NCBI GenBank assembly: GCA_002840305.1
Contig: PHAI01000002.1
Coordinates: 10,707 to 74,706 of the forward strand
Length of the DNA: 64,000 nt
DNA from: Candidatus Falkowbacteria bacterium HGW-Falkowbacteria-1
GTDB taxonomy: Bacteria; Patescibacteriota; Patescibacteriia; Patescibacteriales; UBA12465
Direction: 5' to 3'
This document shows positions 26,977 through 37,297 of the stretch, in pieces (the stretch's first letter is position 1; each line of letters begins with the position of its first letter). The position numbers and the translations under genes were made by a program. Below the pieces are notes generated by a model. It saw only the letters and a program-made list of their open reading frames with translations, did not search any database and was not told where the DNA came from.

Positions 26977-28725
26977 ATGTCTATATTACTTCAAGTAAAA
27001 GATTTGAAAAAAGAATATAGTGGTCAGATTATCTTTTCTGGCCTGTCTTTTGCTGTATCCGAAAAACAAAAAATAGGAGTAGTTGGTGTAAATGGGGCAG
27101 GGAAATCAACTTTGTTTCGTATTATTAGCGGAGAAGAAAGTTCTGACTCCGGTGAAATGATAATAAATAAAAAAGCAGATATTGGATACTTAAAACAAAA
27201 AGATGATTGGTTTGAAGATGAGAGCGGATTGGAATATTTAATTAGACAAGCAGATTGTCCCGATTGGCAGGCCAAAAAAATGGCTAGTCGCTTTGAACTA
27301 GACGATAAAAAGCTTTCTCTTTTGGCCAAAGAACTATCTGGGGGATGGCGTATTCGCTTGCGTCTTTGCGGCATGTTGATTAAAGGGCCAAATCTTCTTT
27401 TGCTTGATGAACCAAGTAATTATCTTGACTTGAATACTCTTATTTTGTTGGAAAACTATTTAAATTCATATAATGGAAGTTTTTTAATTATTTCTCATGA
27501 TCGCGAATTTTTAAAAAATGTTTGTAGTGAAACAATAGAAATTTCGAAAAATGGTTGTTATTATTATCCTGGTAATATAGATAATTATCTTACTTTCAAA
27601 AAACAAAAATTGGCCACGACTATAAAAGCTAATAAAAATCTTGAGAAACAACAAGAACATTGGCAAGAGTTCGTTGATCGTTTTCGCTACAAAGATTCAA
27701 AAGCTAAACAGGCGCAGGCTCTTATTAAAAAAATTGCAAAGATAGAAAAAAATCGTGTCATTATTGAGCGTAAGGCGAGTATAAGTAGAATAATTATTCC
27801 AGCAATTAAAAATAAGAAAAACTTTTCCTTGAGAATAGACAATCTTAGTATTGGTTATAAGGGGAAGAAAATTGTTTCGAATATAGATTTTATTTGTCGT
27901 TTTGGTGAAAAATTAGCTATATTGGGTTTAAATGGCCAGGGCAAAACAACTCTAATTAGAACCCTTGCGGGTTGCTTGGAGGTAGTAGAGGGGTCATTCC
28001 AATTTGCTAGAAATAGTTCAGTGGCTTATCATGGGCAAGAGGAAATGGAACTCATGAATGATCGTGAACAGGCTGGAGATTTTTTGCGTCGTCTTGCTTC
28101 ACCGGATATTAAGTTGGAAAGTATTTTAAAGATGGCTGGAGATTTTTTATTTAAAGAAGAAGAGTTAAAGAAACCAATATCTGTTTTATCTGGTGGTGAA
28201 AAATCGCGCTTGCTTCTCGCTGGTTTATTATTATCAAGACCAAGTATATTGATTTTAGACGAACCAACTTGCCACCTTGATTTCGAAACAACGGAGGCCC
28301 TGGGACAGGCTCTCAAAAAGTGGGATGGAATGGTGCTTTTTGCCAGTCATGATAGGGCCTTTTCAAAGTTAGTGTCGACTGGCATTATTGAAATAAAAGA
28401 TAAAAAAGCCAAACGTTTGCATAATGATTATGATGATTATGTCAACAAATTGAAAAAAGACCTTATTAAAAAAACATCAGAAGAAAAAAACAATGGAAAT
28501 TTTTCTGAAAAGAAACATAATTATCTTGAAAATAAATTAAAGAAAAAAGAAATTAGTTTACTTGAGAAAAAAATAATAAAAATGGAGGAACGCAAAAAGG
28601 AATTAATAACTTATTTTCTTAAAAATTATAGCAATTATGATTTAGACAAAGTTAAGGAATTAGAAGAGCTTGAAAAAAGCTTGAAAGAGAAGGAGGATCT
28701 TTGGCTAGCTTTGAACGAGGACTAA
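26977..28725 (+). CDS. ABC-F family ATPase
   Basis: Two NBDs (GVNGAGKST/LSGGW/DEPSN and GLNGQGKTT/LSGGE/DEPT); no TM segments; C-terminal coiled coil. Confidence 0.93.
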   Translation: MSILLQVKDLKKEYSGQIIFSGLSFAVSEKQKIGVVGVNGAGKSTLFRIISGEESSDSGEMIINKKADIGYLKQKDDWFEDESGLEYLIRQADCPDWQAKKMASRFELDDKKLSLLAKELSGGWRIRLRLCGMLIKGPNLLLLDEPSNYLDLNTLILLENYLNSYNGSFLIISHDREFLKNVCSETIEISKNGCYYYPGNIDNYLTFKKQKLATTIKANKNLEKQQEHWQEFVDRFRYKDSKAKQAQALIKKIAKIEKNRVIIERKASISRIIIPAIKNKKNFSLRIDNLSIGYKGKKIVSNIDFICRFGEKLAILGLNGQGKTTLIRTLAGCLEVVEGSFQFARNSSVAYHGQEEMELMNDREQAGDFLRRLASPDIKLESILKMAGDFLFKEEELKKPISVLSGGEKSRLLLAGLLLSRPSILILDEPTCHLDFETTEALGQALKKWDGMVLFASHDRAFSKLVSTGIIEIKDKKAKRLHNDYDDYVNKLKKDLIKKTSEEKNNGNFSEKKHNYLENKLKKKEISLLEKKIIKMEERKKELITYFLKNYSNYDLDKVKELEELEKSLKEKEDLWLALNED

Positions 28726-28773
28726 AAGGGAGGGGGCGTTGATTTGATGTAATATTTTTTCTTATATTAATAT

Positions 28774-29754
28774 ATGAATATTTTTTACCCAATACAATTA
28801 TTAGCAGATTTAATTAGTTATGGTTTAATAGGGCTAGTCGAAAAGTCTTATTTGGGCAGTGCTGTCAATTTTTTTGTTTATGACACAATAAAGATTGGCC
28901 TTCTTTTGTTGTTTATTAATTATTTAATGGCGGTAACTAGATTTTATTTTCCAATGGAAAGAGCCAAAAACATTTTGACTAAAAAACGTTGGTTCGGTTT
29001 GAATTATTTAATAGCGGCTCTTTTAGGAGTGGTTACTCCTTTTTGTTCTTGCTCCTCTATTCCTTTGTTTATTGGTTTTATGGGGGCGGGAATACCCTTG
29101 GGAATAACTTTTGCCTTTTTAATTAGTTCGCCTCTTATCAATGAAGCATCTTTATATCTTTTTCCGGCAATGTTTGGGATAAAGGTTGCAATTTTGTACA
29201 ATTTGTTTGGGTTAACAATAGCCGTTCTTGGCGGTATGTTAATTCAAAAATTAAAATTGGAGAAATATATAATGCCGGAGCTTTTGAAATTTAAATCGCG
29301 CGCTCAAGTGGAAGCAGAAAATAACAATTCTAAGTTATCATTTAAAAAACTTGTGACTTACTTTTGGAAAGACGGGATGAATATTACTAAACAGATTTTT
29401 CCGTATGTAGTTTTGGGCGTCGGCATTGGCGCTATTATTCATGGTTTTGTGCCGAGTAATTTGATCGAATATTATTTATCTGCCAAATCTTGGTGGACCG
29501 TCCCAATGGCCGTTATCTTAGGTGTGCCGCTTTACGCCAATTCTATAAGCGTACTTCCGATAATGGAGGCTTTAGTAGGAAAGGGAGCGCCGTTGGGCAC
29601 AATTTTAGCTTTTATGACAGCGATTGTAACCTTGTCGCTGCCCGAGGCTTTAATTCTTAAAAAAGTAATGCGTTGGCCATTGTTGGTAGTATTTTTTAGT
29701 ATTACTATAGTTGGGATTTTGATTATGGGATATTTATTTAATATTATTTTGTAA
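28774..29754 (+). CDS. ArsP/DUF318-like permease
   Basis: TPFCSCSSIP, FLISSPLIN, LSLPE motifs. Confidence 0.88.
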   Translation: MNIFYPIQLLADLISYGLIGLVEKSYLGSAVNFFVYDTIKIGLLLLFINYLMAVTRFYFPMERAKNILTKKRWFGLNYLIAALLGVVTPFCSCSSIPLFIGFMGAGIPLGITFAFLISSPLINEASLYLFPAMFGIKVAILYNLFGLTIAVLGGMLIQKLKLEKYIMPELLKFKSRAQVEAENNNSKLSFKKLVTYFWKDGMNITKQIFPYVVLGVGIGAIIHGFVPSNLIEYYLSAKSWWTVPMAVILGVPLYANSISVLPIMEALVGKGAPLGTILAFMTAIVTLSLPEALILKKVMRWPLLVVFFSITIVGILIMGYLFNIIL

Positions 29755-29791
29755 AATAAAAATAAATTTAAATATAATTTTTTTCTAAAAT

Positions 29792-29827
29792 AACAAAACC
29801 GCCTCTAAAAAGAAGCGGTTTTGTTTT
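29792..29827. terminator. Bidirectional terminator
   Basis: AACAAAACCGC...GCGGTTTTGTT between convergent genes. Confidence 0.75.
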
Positions 29828-29858
29828 ATCTAAATTTTGAGTTTAAATTTAATTTAAA

Positions 29859-30953
29859 TTATTTACTTACTACGATTATATTTTTTTCTATTTCTTTGAT
29901 AGTTTCATGATAGCCAGTAGGGTAATCTCGAATAGCATTATAGAGTATTGTTTTATCATAGTAATATGACTCACCATTTCTTGTTCCTGGGTCGTTGGTA
30001 ATAAATTCTTCTGTTGTTGGATCGAAACCACGAATAACCATCATGTGTTGACCTGGCCCGGGAGGTCTGTAATTGGGATTGTGCACTATCTGTCCATTCA
30101 TAGGGGCCAGAACTAAATGGCCCTTGGATAGTTCTTCTACTATATCATTTATAGTTACATCTTTTTTTAAAACCACTTGGTCGTATTGAAAATAATCTTT
30201 AAAAATCCAATCAAGAGTATCTTGGGCTGATGTGTCACGTGATTCTCCGTATTTTTTTTTGAGCCAATCAGAGATACCAGTAATTTCTTTCAAAGACTCT
30301 TCCTTGCTTAAACTTTTTTCTTGAACCCATTTCATCGCCATTAAAGCTGATGATTCCTCACAACCATTTTGTTGACGCGAATCAGACCAGTCACCAAAGG
30401 GGGCTTGTGTGGTGAAGGGTACGTCGTTGATTAATATTTTTTCATTAGCCTTGGGCAGTGTCATTGATTTTGCCATTGGTTCTCCTGTTATACCAACTGG
30501 AATACGAGCTAAATCTGAATTTGTTATGCCTCGACCTAGTTCGCGCATAATCTTGAAAGCATCTTCTGGCCTTCCTAGGTAATATTTTTTTCTGTCTCCA
30601 GGATAAATATAATAAGCTTCGCCATTTTTTTCTACATCTAAGAGAATCGTGCCTGACAGTCTCTCGGGGAAAACATTTGTATCAATAATAAAGTTATGTT
30701 TGGCTCCAAGTGCTAATTCTTTCATGATTTTAAAAGCGTCATAGGGACGACCAAGATAGTATGCCTTGTTATTTGCTGGATAAATATACCAAGCCTCGCC
30801 CTTGCTTTCTACCTGTAACAGAATGTAACCAGTGGTTTCTCCTGAGTATGTCACCCCTTTAACAGTTGGCAATCCAAGCGAAATTATGGCTACCAAACTA
30901 AAAACTAGAATAATTGCTTTATATTTTAATTTTGTTCTTGTTAATGGTTTCAT
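29859..30953 (-). CDS. Secreted C39-like cysteine peptidase with two N-terminal repeats
   Basis: Signal/TM segment; VPFTTQAP, NGCEE, HMMVIRG, NDPG. Confidence 0.8.
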   Translation of the reverse strand: MKPLTRTKLKYKAIILVFSLVAIISLGLPTVKGVTYSGETTGYILLQVESKGEAWYIYPANNKAYYLGRPYDAFKIMKELALGAKHNFIIDTNVFPERLSGTILLDVEKNGEAYYIYPGDRKKYYLGRPEDAFKIMRELGRGITNSDLARIPVGITGEPMAKSMTLPKANEKILINDVPFTTQAPFGDWSDSRQQNGCEESSALMAMKWVQEKSLSKEESLKEITGISDWLKKKYGESRDTSAQDTLDWIFKDYFQYDQVVLKKDVTINDIVEELSKGHLVLAPMNGQIVHNPNYRPPGPGQHMMVIRGFDPTTEEFITNDPGTRNGESYYYDKTILYNAIRDYPTGYHETIKEIEKNIIVVSK

Positions 30954-31072
30954 ATAGAAGTATTATACTTAAATACTAATAATAAATCAATTTTTTTTGA
31001 AATTCTTTGCTTATTGTTTCTAATCCCTTAAAGATGTATAATAGATATTAGATAAATTTTAATTACTAATTT

Positions 31073-31399
31073 ATGGATAACATCGAAGAAATTTGCTCTA
31101 TTTGTCATCAGCCCGTTTTGACTGAATTCTATTTTTGTCCGAATTGTGGCAACAACTTAAGAGAAAGACCAAAGCCAATTTCTATTCTGACTCAAATCGG
31201 TCTTTATATTTTGGCTATTTTTTTGCCACCATTAGGTTTGTGGCCAGGCATTAAATATTTGGCCAAAAAAGGCAAACAGGCGAAGTGGGTGGGCTCAATA
31301 ACAATTGTTTTAACCCTAATATCTTCAGTTATAGTAACCTGGTCAATTTTTAACCTTTTTAATAGTTATTTAAGTCAGTTGGAGGGAGTATTATACTAG
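31073..31399 (+). CDS. Zinc-ribbon membrane protein
   Basis: CSIC...CPNCG plus two TM segments. Confidence 0.75.
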   Translation: MDNIEEICSICHQPVLTEFYFCPNCGNNLRERPKPISILTQIGLYILAIFLPPLGLWPGIKYLAKKGKQAKWVGSITIVLTLISSVIVTWSIFNLFNSYLSQLEGVLY

Positions 31400-31540
31400 C
31401 GTTATCTGATATTTTAGAATAGAAGTATTATAAGAAAAATGTAAAAGCTTCATTGTTGATGGGGCTTTTGTTATATCTTTGATATATGATATAATATTAT
31501 TAATAAAGTTAAATATTGATTTATATTTAAATTAAAAATT

Positions 31541-33355
31541 ATGAAATTCAAAAAAGACATATCATGCAAGCGTGTAAAATTTTTGCATGGTTTTACCTTG
31601 ATTGAACTTTTAGTTGTTATTGCTATTATTGGAATACTAGCTACTTTAGCCGTGGTGGCCCTTCAACAAGCCAGATCTCGCGCTCGTGATAGCAAAAGGG
31701 TAGCTGATATAAAACAAGCTCAAACCGCTTTAGAATTATTTTATAATGAAAATGGTAGATACCCAACGACAGAAGAGTGGGAAAGTGGCTCTATAGTATC
31801 TTCTTCTACGGGAGAAGTGTTTATGTATAATATTCCTGTTGCTCCAACTCCGGCCGATGGAGATTGTTCTGGTCCTGAAAATGACTATACTTACATTCCT
31901 AATATTGATAATTCTGACTATGATCTAAATTTTTGCGTTGGTAATTCTCCTTCCGGTTTGCCCGATGGTAATTTAGTCGCTTTTTCCGGTGGCATCAAGA
32001 GTGGCACTGAATCAGGGGCGCCAGAAGAAGATGTTTGCGACCCAGTTTGTGATTATGGGTATAACTGCGAGGGTACTTCTTGTGTTTTAAAAGATAATTT
32101 TTTTGTTTCTTTGGTTTACGGATCTGTTAATTGGAGTGACGATAAAGAGTTGGTGGACTTGACTTCTGATTCTCAGTATATTTATGCCGCTGGCAATAAC
32201 GAGCTTGAAGGCGCTGGTCAGTTAGATGGGATGATTGTTAAATACGACAAAGATAGCATGAGCATAGAAGCTAAAAGAGTTTATGGTGGTGCGGGGAAAG
32301 ATGATTTAGAGTCAATAGTTGAACAGGGAGATTATCTTTATACGGCTGGAACTGTAAACTCTGGAGCTTCCGGCAATGCTTCTTTGACAAAATATAATAA
32401 GTCAGACTTATCTTTGGTTTCTGCCTTGAGTCTTGGTAGCAGTGGAAGCAGTTCTTACACTTTAACCCGAGATGATAATTATTTATACATAGGCGTTGGG
32501 AATACGGTTATGGTTTATGATTTTGATCTTAATTTAATAAAACAAAACTCTTATACCAACTCCATTACTTCTATAACTATTGATGGTAATTATTTGTATT
32601 TAGCATCTTCGGCAGGAAACAAAATAACCACTTTGAAAGTGGATAAAAATACTATGTCCGTTGATAGTGAGAATGCCTATGGTCGAACGGGAATTATTTT
32701 TTTCCCAACGTTTAGGGGCTCGGTTGATGATAGTTATTATTATGTCTATGGTCAAATTATTGGTGAAGGTCCAGCTGGTCGCAATGGTCTTATTCTTAAA
32801 TATGACAAGAGCGATCTTAGTCTTTTGGGCAAAAAAATATATGGCAGTGCTGATACTGATTATTTTGGCTCTCTTTGTCTTTCTGGCGAGTTCCTTTATG
32901 CAGTTGGTTACACTGGCGGAGCTTTTGATGGCAGTGGTGATTTATGGTTGAACAAGATTAATCGTAGTGATTTATCTTTAGTAAGCAGCGAAGTGATAAG
33001 AGAAAGTAATCTTGATACTTGGGGATACGAAGATACTTATTCCAGCTCCTGTCTTTATGAGAATCAGAGTTTATATTTTACTGCCTATGTTGACGAGTAT
33101 GATGATGAATATAACAATATCTTTGGTAATAGCGCTGCACTTATTAAAATTAAATCGGATTTTGTTAGCAGCGACGCAAGCTCTTCTAACTCAATTTTTA
33201 CAGTTTCTCCATATACCTTAACAACAGCAGATAGCAATTTAGACATTACTGATCCTAATATTTCTAGCCAGGTTGGTACTCAGGCTAGTAATCCTCTTGT
33301 TCTTTCTAGTTCTGTGAGCAATTTGGATATTTATGGCCCTTATATTATTGAGTAG
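31541..33355 (+). CDS. Type IV pilin-like protein fused to a beta-propeller-like domain
   Basis: G|FTLIELLVVIAIIGIL methylation motif; repeated KY(D/N)KSDLSL and YLY blades. Confidence 0.85.
   Translation: MKFKKDISCKRVKFLHGFTLIELLVVIAIIGILATLAVVALQQARSRARDSKRVADIKQAQTALELFYNENGRYPTTEEWESGSIVSSSTGEVFMYNIPVAPTPADGDCSGPENDYTYIPNIDNSDYDLNFCVGNSPSGLPDGNLVAFSGGIKSGTESGAPEEDVCDPVCDYGYNCEGTSCVLKDNFFVSLVYGSVNWSDDKELVDLTSDSQYIYAAGNNELEGAGQLDGMIVKYDKDSMSIEAKRVYGGAGKDDLESIVEQGDYLYTAGTVNSGASGNASLTKYNKSDLSLVSALSLGSSGSSSYTLTRDDNYLYIGVGNTVMVYDFDLNLIKQNSYTNSITSITIDGNYLYLASSAGNKITTLKVDKNTMSVDSENAYGRTGIIFFPTFRGSVDDSYYYVYGQIIGEGPAGRNGLILKYDKSDLSLLGKKIYGSADTDYFGSLCLSGEFLYAVGYTGGAFDGSGDLWLNKINRSDLSLVSSEVIRESNLDTWGYEDTYSSSCLYENQSLYFTAYVDEYDDEYNNIFGNSAALIKIKSDFVSSDASSSNSIFTVSPYTLTTADSNLDITDPNISSQVGTQASNPLVLSSSVSNLDIYGPYIIE
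31601..31718 (+). repeat. Pilin constant block, copy 1
   Basis: 116/118 nt identical to 62589-62706. Confidence 0.9.
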
Positions 33356-33372
33356 TAATAAAATAAAAAAGT

Positions 33373-33996
33373 ATGAAAAAATTGTTTACTTGCAAAAGCT
33401 TGATTTTAGTAGCTTTAGTTGCCTGTGTTTTAATATTTTTTTTGTTTTTAATTAGGGGAGACGAAGATACTTGGATTTGTAAAGACGGACGATGGATAGA
33501 GCATGGGCATCCGAGCTCTTCGATGCCCAGTATTGCTTGTATTAATAAAGAAGAAATTAATAATTTTGAAGAATGTGTTTCTGCTGGTAATGCTGTAATG
33601 GAAAGTTATCCTAGACAATGCCGGTCAGATGAAAAAACATTTGTTGAAAATATTGGCAACGAATTAGAAAAAAATGATTTGATACGGGTAGAAAATCCTC
33701 GTCCTAATCAGTTTATAGAGAATCAGCTTTTAATTAAAGGGGAAGCAAGAGGCACTTGGTATTTTGAGGCAAGTTTTCCAATATTTCTTTATGATAATAA
33801 TGGCAAGGAAATTGCAATATCTATTGCTCAGGCAAAAAGTGATTGGATGACAGAAAATTTTGTTTCTTTTGAGGCAGTTTTGGAATTTTCTACACCAGAA
33901 ACAAACAATGGATTTTTAATTTTTAAAAAAGATAACCCTTCCGGCCTATCCGAGTATGACGACGAATTAAAAATTCCAGTAAAATTTTCAAAATAG
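33373..33996 (+). CDS. Membrane-anchored protein with Gmad2 Ig-like domain
   Basis: GEARGTWYFEASFP, KDNPSG; Cys-rich linker. Confidence 0.8.
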   Translation: MKKLFTCKSLILVALVACVLIFFLFLIRGDEDTWICKDGRWIEHGHPSSSMPSIACINKEEINNFEECVSAGNAVMESYPRQCRSDEKTFVENIGNELEKNDLIRVENPRPNQFIENQLLIKGEARGTWYFEASFPIFLYDNNGKEIAISIAQAKSDWMTENFVSFEAVLEFSTPETNNGFLIFKKDNPSGLSEYDDELKIPVKFSK

Positions 33997-34116
33997 TAAT
34001 TATTAGAATAAAGACTTTAGATTATATCGTTAAAAATATAAACTAGAAGTATAATAATATGAAAATAGTCATTATTTTGAGCGATAACTTAAATAAAATT
34101 ATTTAAAAACAAAAGA

Positions 34117-34548
34117 ATGGATTACAAAATAAGAAAATTACAAAAAAATGACTTAAAAGGAGTGTCGTTCTTTGAAACACTGTCGAGCTTGAGACCGGTT
34201 GAGGATTTGTCATTTTCTTTGTCTGAGAGTATTTTTTCTGATTGTCAAAAAAGAGGAATTGAAATTTATGTAGCCGAAAGTGAGGGCTTGATCGTTGGTA
34301 CGATTAGATTAATGTTTGAACCAAAATTTTATCATCATGGCAAATTGGTCGCGCATATTGAAGATGTCTCTACTCATGAAAAATATCAGGGCAAGGGAGT
34401 GGCCCGCTCATTGATTGATTATGCCATTTCTTTATGTAAAGAAAAAAAATGTTATAAAATAATTTTAGATTGCGATAGTCAATTGGTAGAGTTTTATAAA
34501 AAGTTTGGATTTCAGCTTGATAGTAACTGTATGCGAATAAATTTATAA
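34117..34548 (+). CDS. GNAT acetyltransferase, GNA1 (glucosamine-6-P N-acetyltransferase)-like
   Basis: EPKFYH..AHIEDV, YQGKGVA, CYKIILDC, FYKKFGF. Confidence 0.8.
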   Translation: MDYKIRKLQKNDLKGVSFFETLSSLRPVEDLSFSLSESIFSDCQKRGIEIYVAESEGLIVGTIRLMFEPKFYHHGKLVAHIEDVSTHEKYQGKGVARSLIDYAISLCKEKKCYKIILDCDSQLVEFYKKFGFQLDSNCMRINL

Positions 34549-34603
34549 AGTAAAAGCGTATTTTTTATTGTGTTTTTTTTGAAGTTTTTGGTGTAAAAAC
34601 TAA

Positions 34604-34630
34604 AAAAGACTTTCATTTTGAAAGTCTTTT
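34604..34630. terminator. Bidirectional terminator
   Basis: AAAAGACTTTCA-ttt-TGAAAGTCTTTT. Confidence 0.8.
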
Positions 34631-34647
34631 GTGTGTCGAGACATTAT

Positions 34648-35133
34648 TTAGCCTTTTTCGAGGGATATAGTGGCCAAAAAGAGAGATTTTTCTTTCTCTA
34701 ATTTCTGGGTAACATCCAATAATTTTTTAAGCTCTTTTTCTTCTTTGGCTAATTTTTCTTCTAGCTTTTTTAAGTAACCCTTACTATTTCCTTGTAATAA
34801 CTTATTGCTAAATTTTTCTAATGTTACTTGAAAAATCTTTAATTTATTGCTTATTTCTTCGTTTTTTTTTCTTAGATTTAAACCGTAAGCTTTTAAAATA
34901 ATAGTTTCGATTCGCATTAAAATCATTTCTTCAAAAGTTTTCATTTTGATTAAATCGCTATATGTTTCTTCTAAGAAAAAATCTTTATCAATAAACTTTT
35001 CTTGTTTAACGCTTTCTTCAATTATTGAAAAAATTTCTTTCCAATCCTTTTCGGTTTCGCTAGAAACCACCTCTTTTTGTTTGCGTTCTAATAAGCCCAG
35101 GGACTTGATTACGAGACTGTCGGGATCTTTCAT
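34648..35133 (-). CDS. Hypothetical coiled-coil protein
   Basis: 161-aa K/E/L-rich ORF with its own promoter and terminator. Confidence 0.7.
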   Translation of the reverse strand: MKDPDSLVIKSLGLLERKQKEVVSSETEKDWKEIFSIIEESVKQEKFIDKDFFLEETYSDLIKMKTFEEMILMRIETIILKAYGLNLRKKNEEISNKLKIFQVTLEKFSNKLLQGNSKGYLKKLEEKLAKEEKELKKLLDVTQKLEKEKSLFLATISLEKG

Positions 35134-35182
35134 GGCACATTTTTTTAAATTAAGTATATTTTTTTTAGGATATTATTTATAA

Positions 35183-35240
35183 TTATTAAAGAACTATTTT
35201 TAAATCTTTTTATCTTACTAAGTTTTTTGTTTTTTGTCAA
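35183..35240 (-). promoter_or_regulatory. ORFan leader: promoter plus boxA-like motif
   Basis: TTGACA-17-TAAGAT; AGTTCTTTAATAA. Confidence 0.7.
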
Positions 35241-35321
35241 TAAAAATGGGATTTTTATTGAAATTTGATTTTTTGTGTGCTACTATGGTATTGTTATAAA
35301 ATAAATTGAAGTCATAAAATT

Positions 35322-35690
35322 ATGAAAAGTTTTTTAAAGGTTTTATTGATTGTGCTTATTACAATCGTGGCCATTATCATTTTTGTTTTTTCCTATGTAA
35401 TCATTAAGAATCCATTGGGGATAGGAGATGTTGTAAAGTCCTATATAATACCTCGGAAAGCGGATGTTAATATGGAGGATTATGCCGATTATGATAATCC
35501 CTTGCTTACAGATGCGCAAGAGGAGAAAATTATTAAAGCTGGTATTGATATAAGAAAAATACCAACAGAGATAACGCCAGAACAACAAAAATGTGGAGTT
35601 GAGAAGTTGGGAGAGGAAAGAATATTAGAAATAGTAAATGGCGCCGAGCCATCTCCGACCGAGATGCTAAAAGTTTTACCTTGTTTATAA
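35322..35690 (+). CDS. Hypothetical membrane-anchored protein
   Basis: N-terminal TM segment; 122 aa. Confidence 0.7.
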   Translation: MKSFLKVLLIVLITIVAIIIFVFSYVIIKNPLGIGDVVKSYIIPRKADVNMEDYADYDNPLLTDAQEEKIIKAGIDIRKIPTEITPEQQKCGVEKLGEERILEIVNGAEPSPTEMLKVLPCL

Positions 35691-35745
35691 CTCTTAGCTT
35701 AAAAATTAGTTTAGTTTTGAATGAATTTATAATTAAGATTAATGT

Positions 35746-37200
35746 ATGTCCGAAGAAGTAATATTAAGATTTAACGAAGTTAGTTTTGAATATATTCACA
35801 AGAAACCCATTTTAGATGAGGCTAGTTTTAGTATTAGAAGAGGCTCCAAGGTAACATTAATGGGACAAAATGGAGCCGGAAAGAGCACTATTTTTGGTTT
35901 AATTAAAGGAGATTTAAAGTCTAAAAGTGGTTTAGTGTCAATTACTGGAGGAGCTACCGTTGGAACAGCTTCTCAAACTATTGCCAGAGAAGATTTGGCT
36001 TTAAATGTTGAGGATTATTTTAGCAAAGCATTTGCGATTGTTCCGGGAAATATAAAAAGTCGGATTAGTAAAGTTTTGGAAGCAGTTAATTTTAATGTTC
36101 CGCTTGAAAAAATAGTCGGAGATCTTTCTGGTGGACAACAAGCTAGATTGCTTTTGGCTTATGCTTTAATTCAAAATCCAGATATTTTATTATTAGATGA
36201 ACCAACTAATAATTTGGACCAAGATGGCATAGATCATTTAATTAATTTTTTGATCATGCATGATAAAACAGTGGTAGTTATTTCTCACGATGCCGATTTT
36301 TTAAATTGTTTTACCGAAGGAGTTATCTACCTCGATGTTTTTACCAAGAAAACTGAATTATATGTTGGTGACTATTACTCGGTGGTGGAGGAGATTAGCA
36401 GAAGAGTGGAGAGAGAGATTATGAAAAACGCTCAATTAGAGAAAAAAATTAAAGATCGAAAAGAAAAAGTTAATTTTTTTGCTAATAAAGGAGGTAAGAT
36501 GCGTAAGTTGGCTCAAAAAATGAAAGAAGAGACGGAGGATTTGGAGGAAAATAAAGTGGACGTTAGAAGGGAAGATAAGACTATTAGGAAATTTGAAATT
36601 CCTAATCAGGAAAAACTTAGCGGGAATATAGTTACTATAAGTAAGGTAAGGATTATAAAAAATCATGAGCCAGTTTTTAAAAATATTGATAAAGTATTGG
36701 GCAAAAAAGACAGATTGCTTATAACTGGCCCAAATGGTATTGGGAAGAGCACTTTGTTGAGATCTTTAGTCTTTAAGACTCAAGAAGGACTTGATATTTT
36801 GCCAGGCGTGAAAGTTGGTTATTATAGCCAAGATTTTTCTACCTTAAATTTTGATGATAAAGTTTTCAAGTCACTGGAAGACGTCTTGTCCGATGGGATT
36901 GATGAACAAATGATGCGGGCTATAGCCGCTGGATTTTTGATAACTGGTGATTTAATGGAGAACAAAGTTGGCAACTTGTCAGAAGGACAAAAAGGTTTAT
37001 TATCATTTTCTAGATTAGTTTTAATGCGCCCCGGCTTGCTTATTTTAGACGAACCAACTAATCATATCAATTTCCGTCATATTCCAGTGATTGCCGAGGC
37101 TATTAATAATTATCAAGGATCAATGATTATAATTAGCCATATGTCCGATTTTATTAAAGAAATCAGATTAACAGACAGGCTTGATTTGGGTAATTTATAG
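35746..37200 (+). CDS. ABC-F family ATPase (compact)
   Basis: Two NBDs (GQNGAGKST/LSGGQ/DEPTN and GPNGIGKST/LSEGQ/DEPTN); no TM segments. Confidence 0.92.
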   Translation: MSEEVILRFNEVSFEYIHKKPILDEASFSIRRGSKVTLMGQNGAGKSTIFGLIKGDLKSKSGLVSITGGATVGTASQTIAREDLALNVEDYFSKAFAIVPGNIKSRISKVLEAVNFNVPLEKIVGDLSGGQQARLLLAYALIQNPDILLLDEPTNNLDQDGIDHLINFLIMHDKTVVVISHDADFLNCFTEGVIYLDVFTKKTELYVGDYYSVVEEISRRVEREIMKNAQLEKKIKDRKEKVNFFANKGGKMRKLAQKMKEETEDLEENKVDVRREDKTIRKFEIPNQEKLSGNIVTISKVRIIKNHEPVFKNIDKVLGKKDRLLITGPNGIGKSTLLRSLVFKTQEGLDILPGVKVGYYSQDFSTLNFDDKVFKSLEDVLSDGIDEQMMRAIAAGFLITGDLMENKVGNLSEGQKGLLSFSRLVLMRPGLLILDEPTNHINFRHIPVIAEAINNYQGSMIIISHMSDFIKEIRLTDRLDLGNL

Positions 37201-37297
37201 TCTAAAAAATATAAAACAGTAAAAAATGTTTGGCATTGATTTTATTTTAATAATAAGATAAGATAAGCATAGTAGTTATTATTTATTAAATATTTAT

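Noticed and set aside
26977..37200. ABC-F genes as antibiotic resistance determinants
   Set aside because: Subfamily cannot be assigned by eye; housekeeping ABC-F paralogs are common
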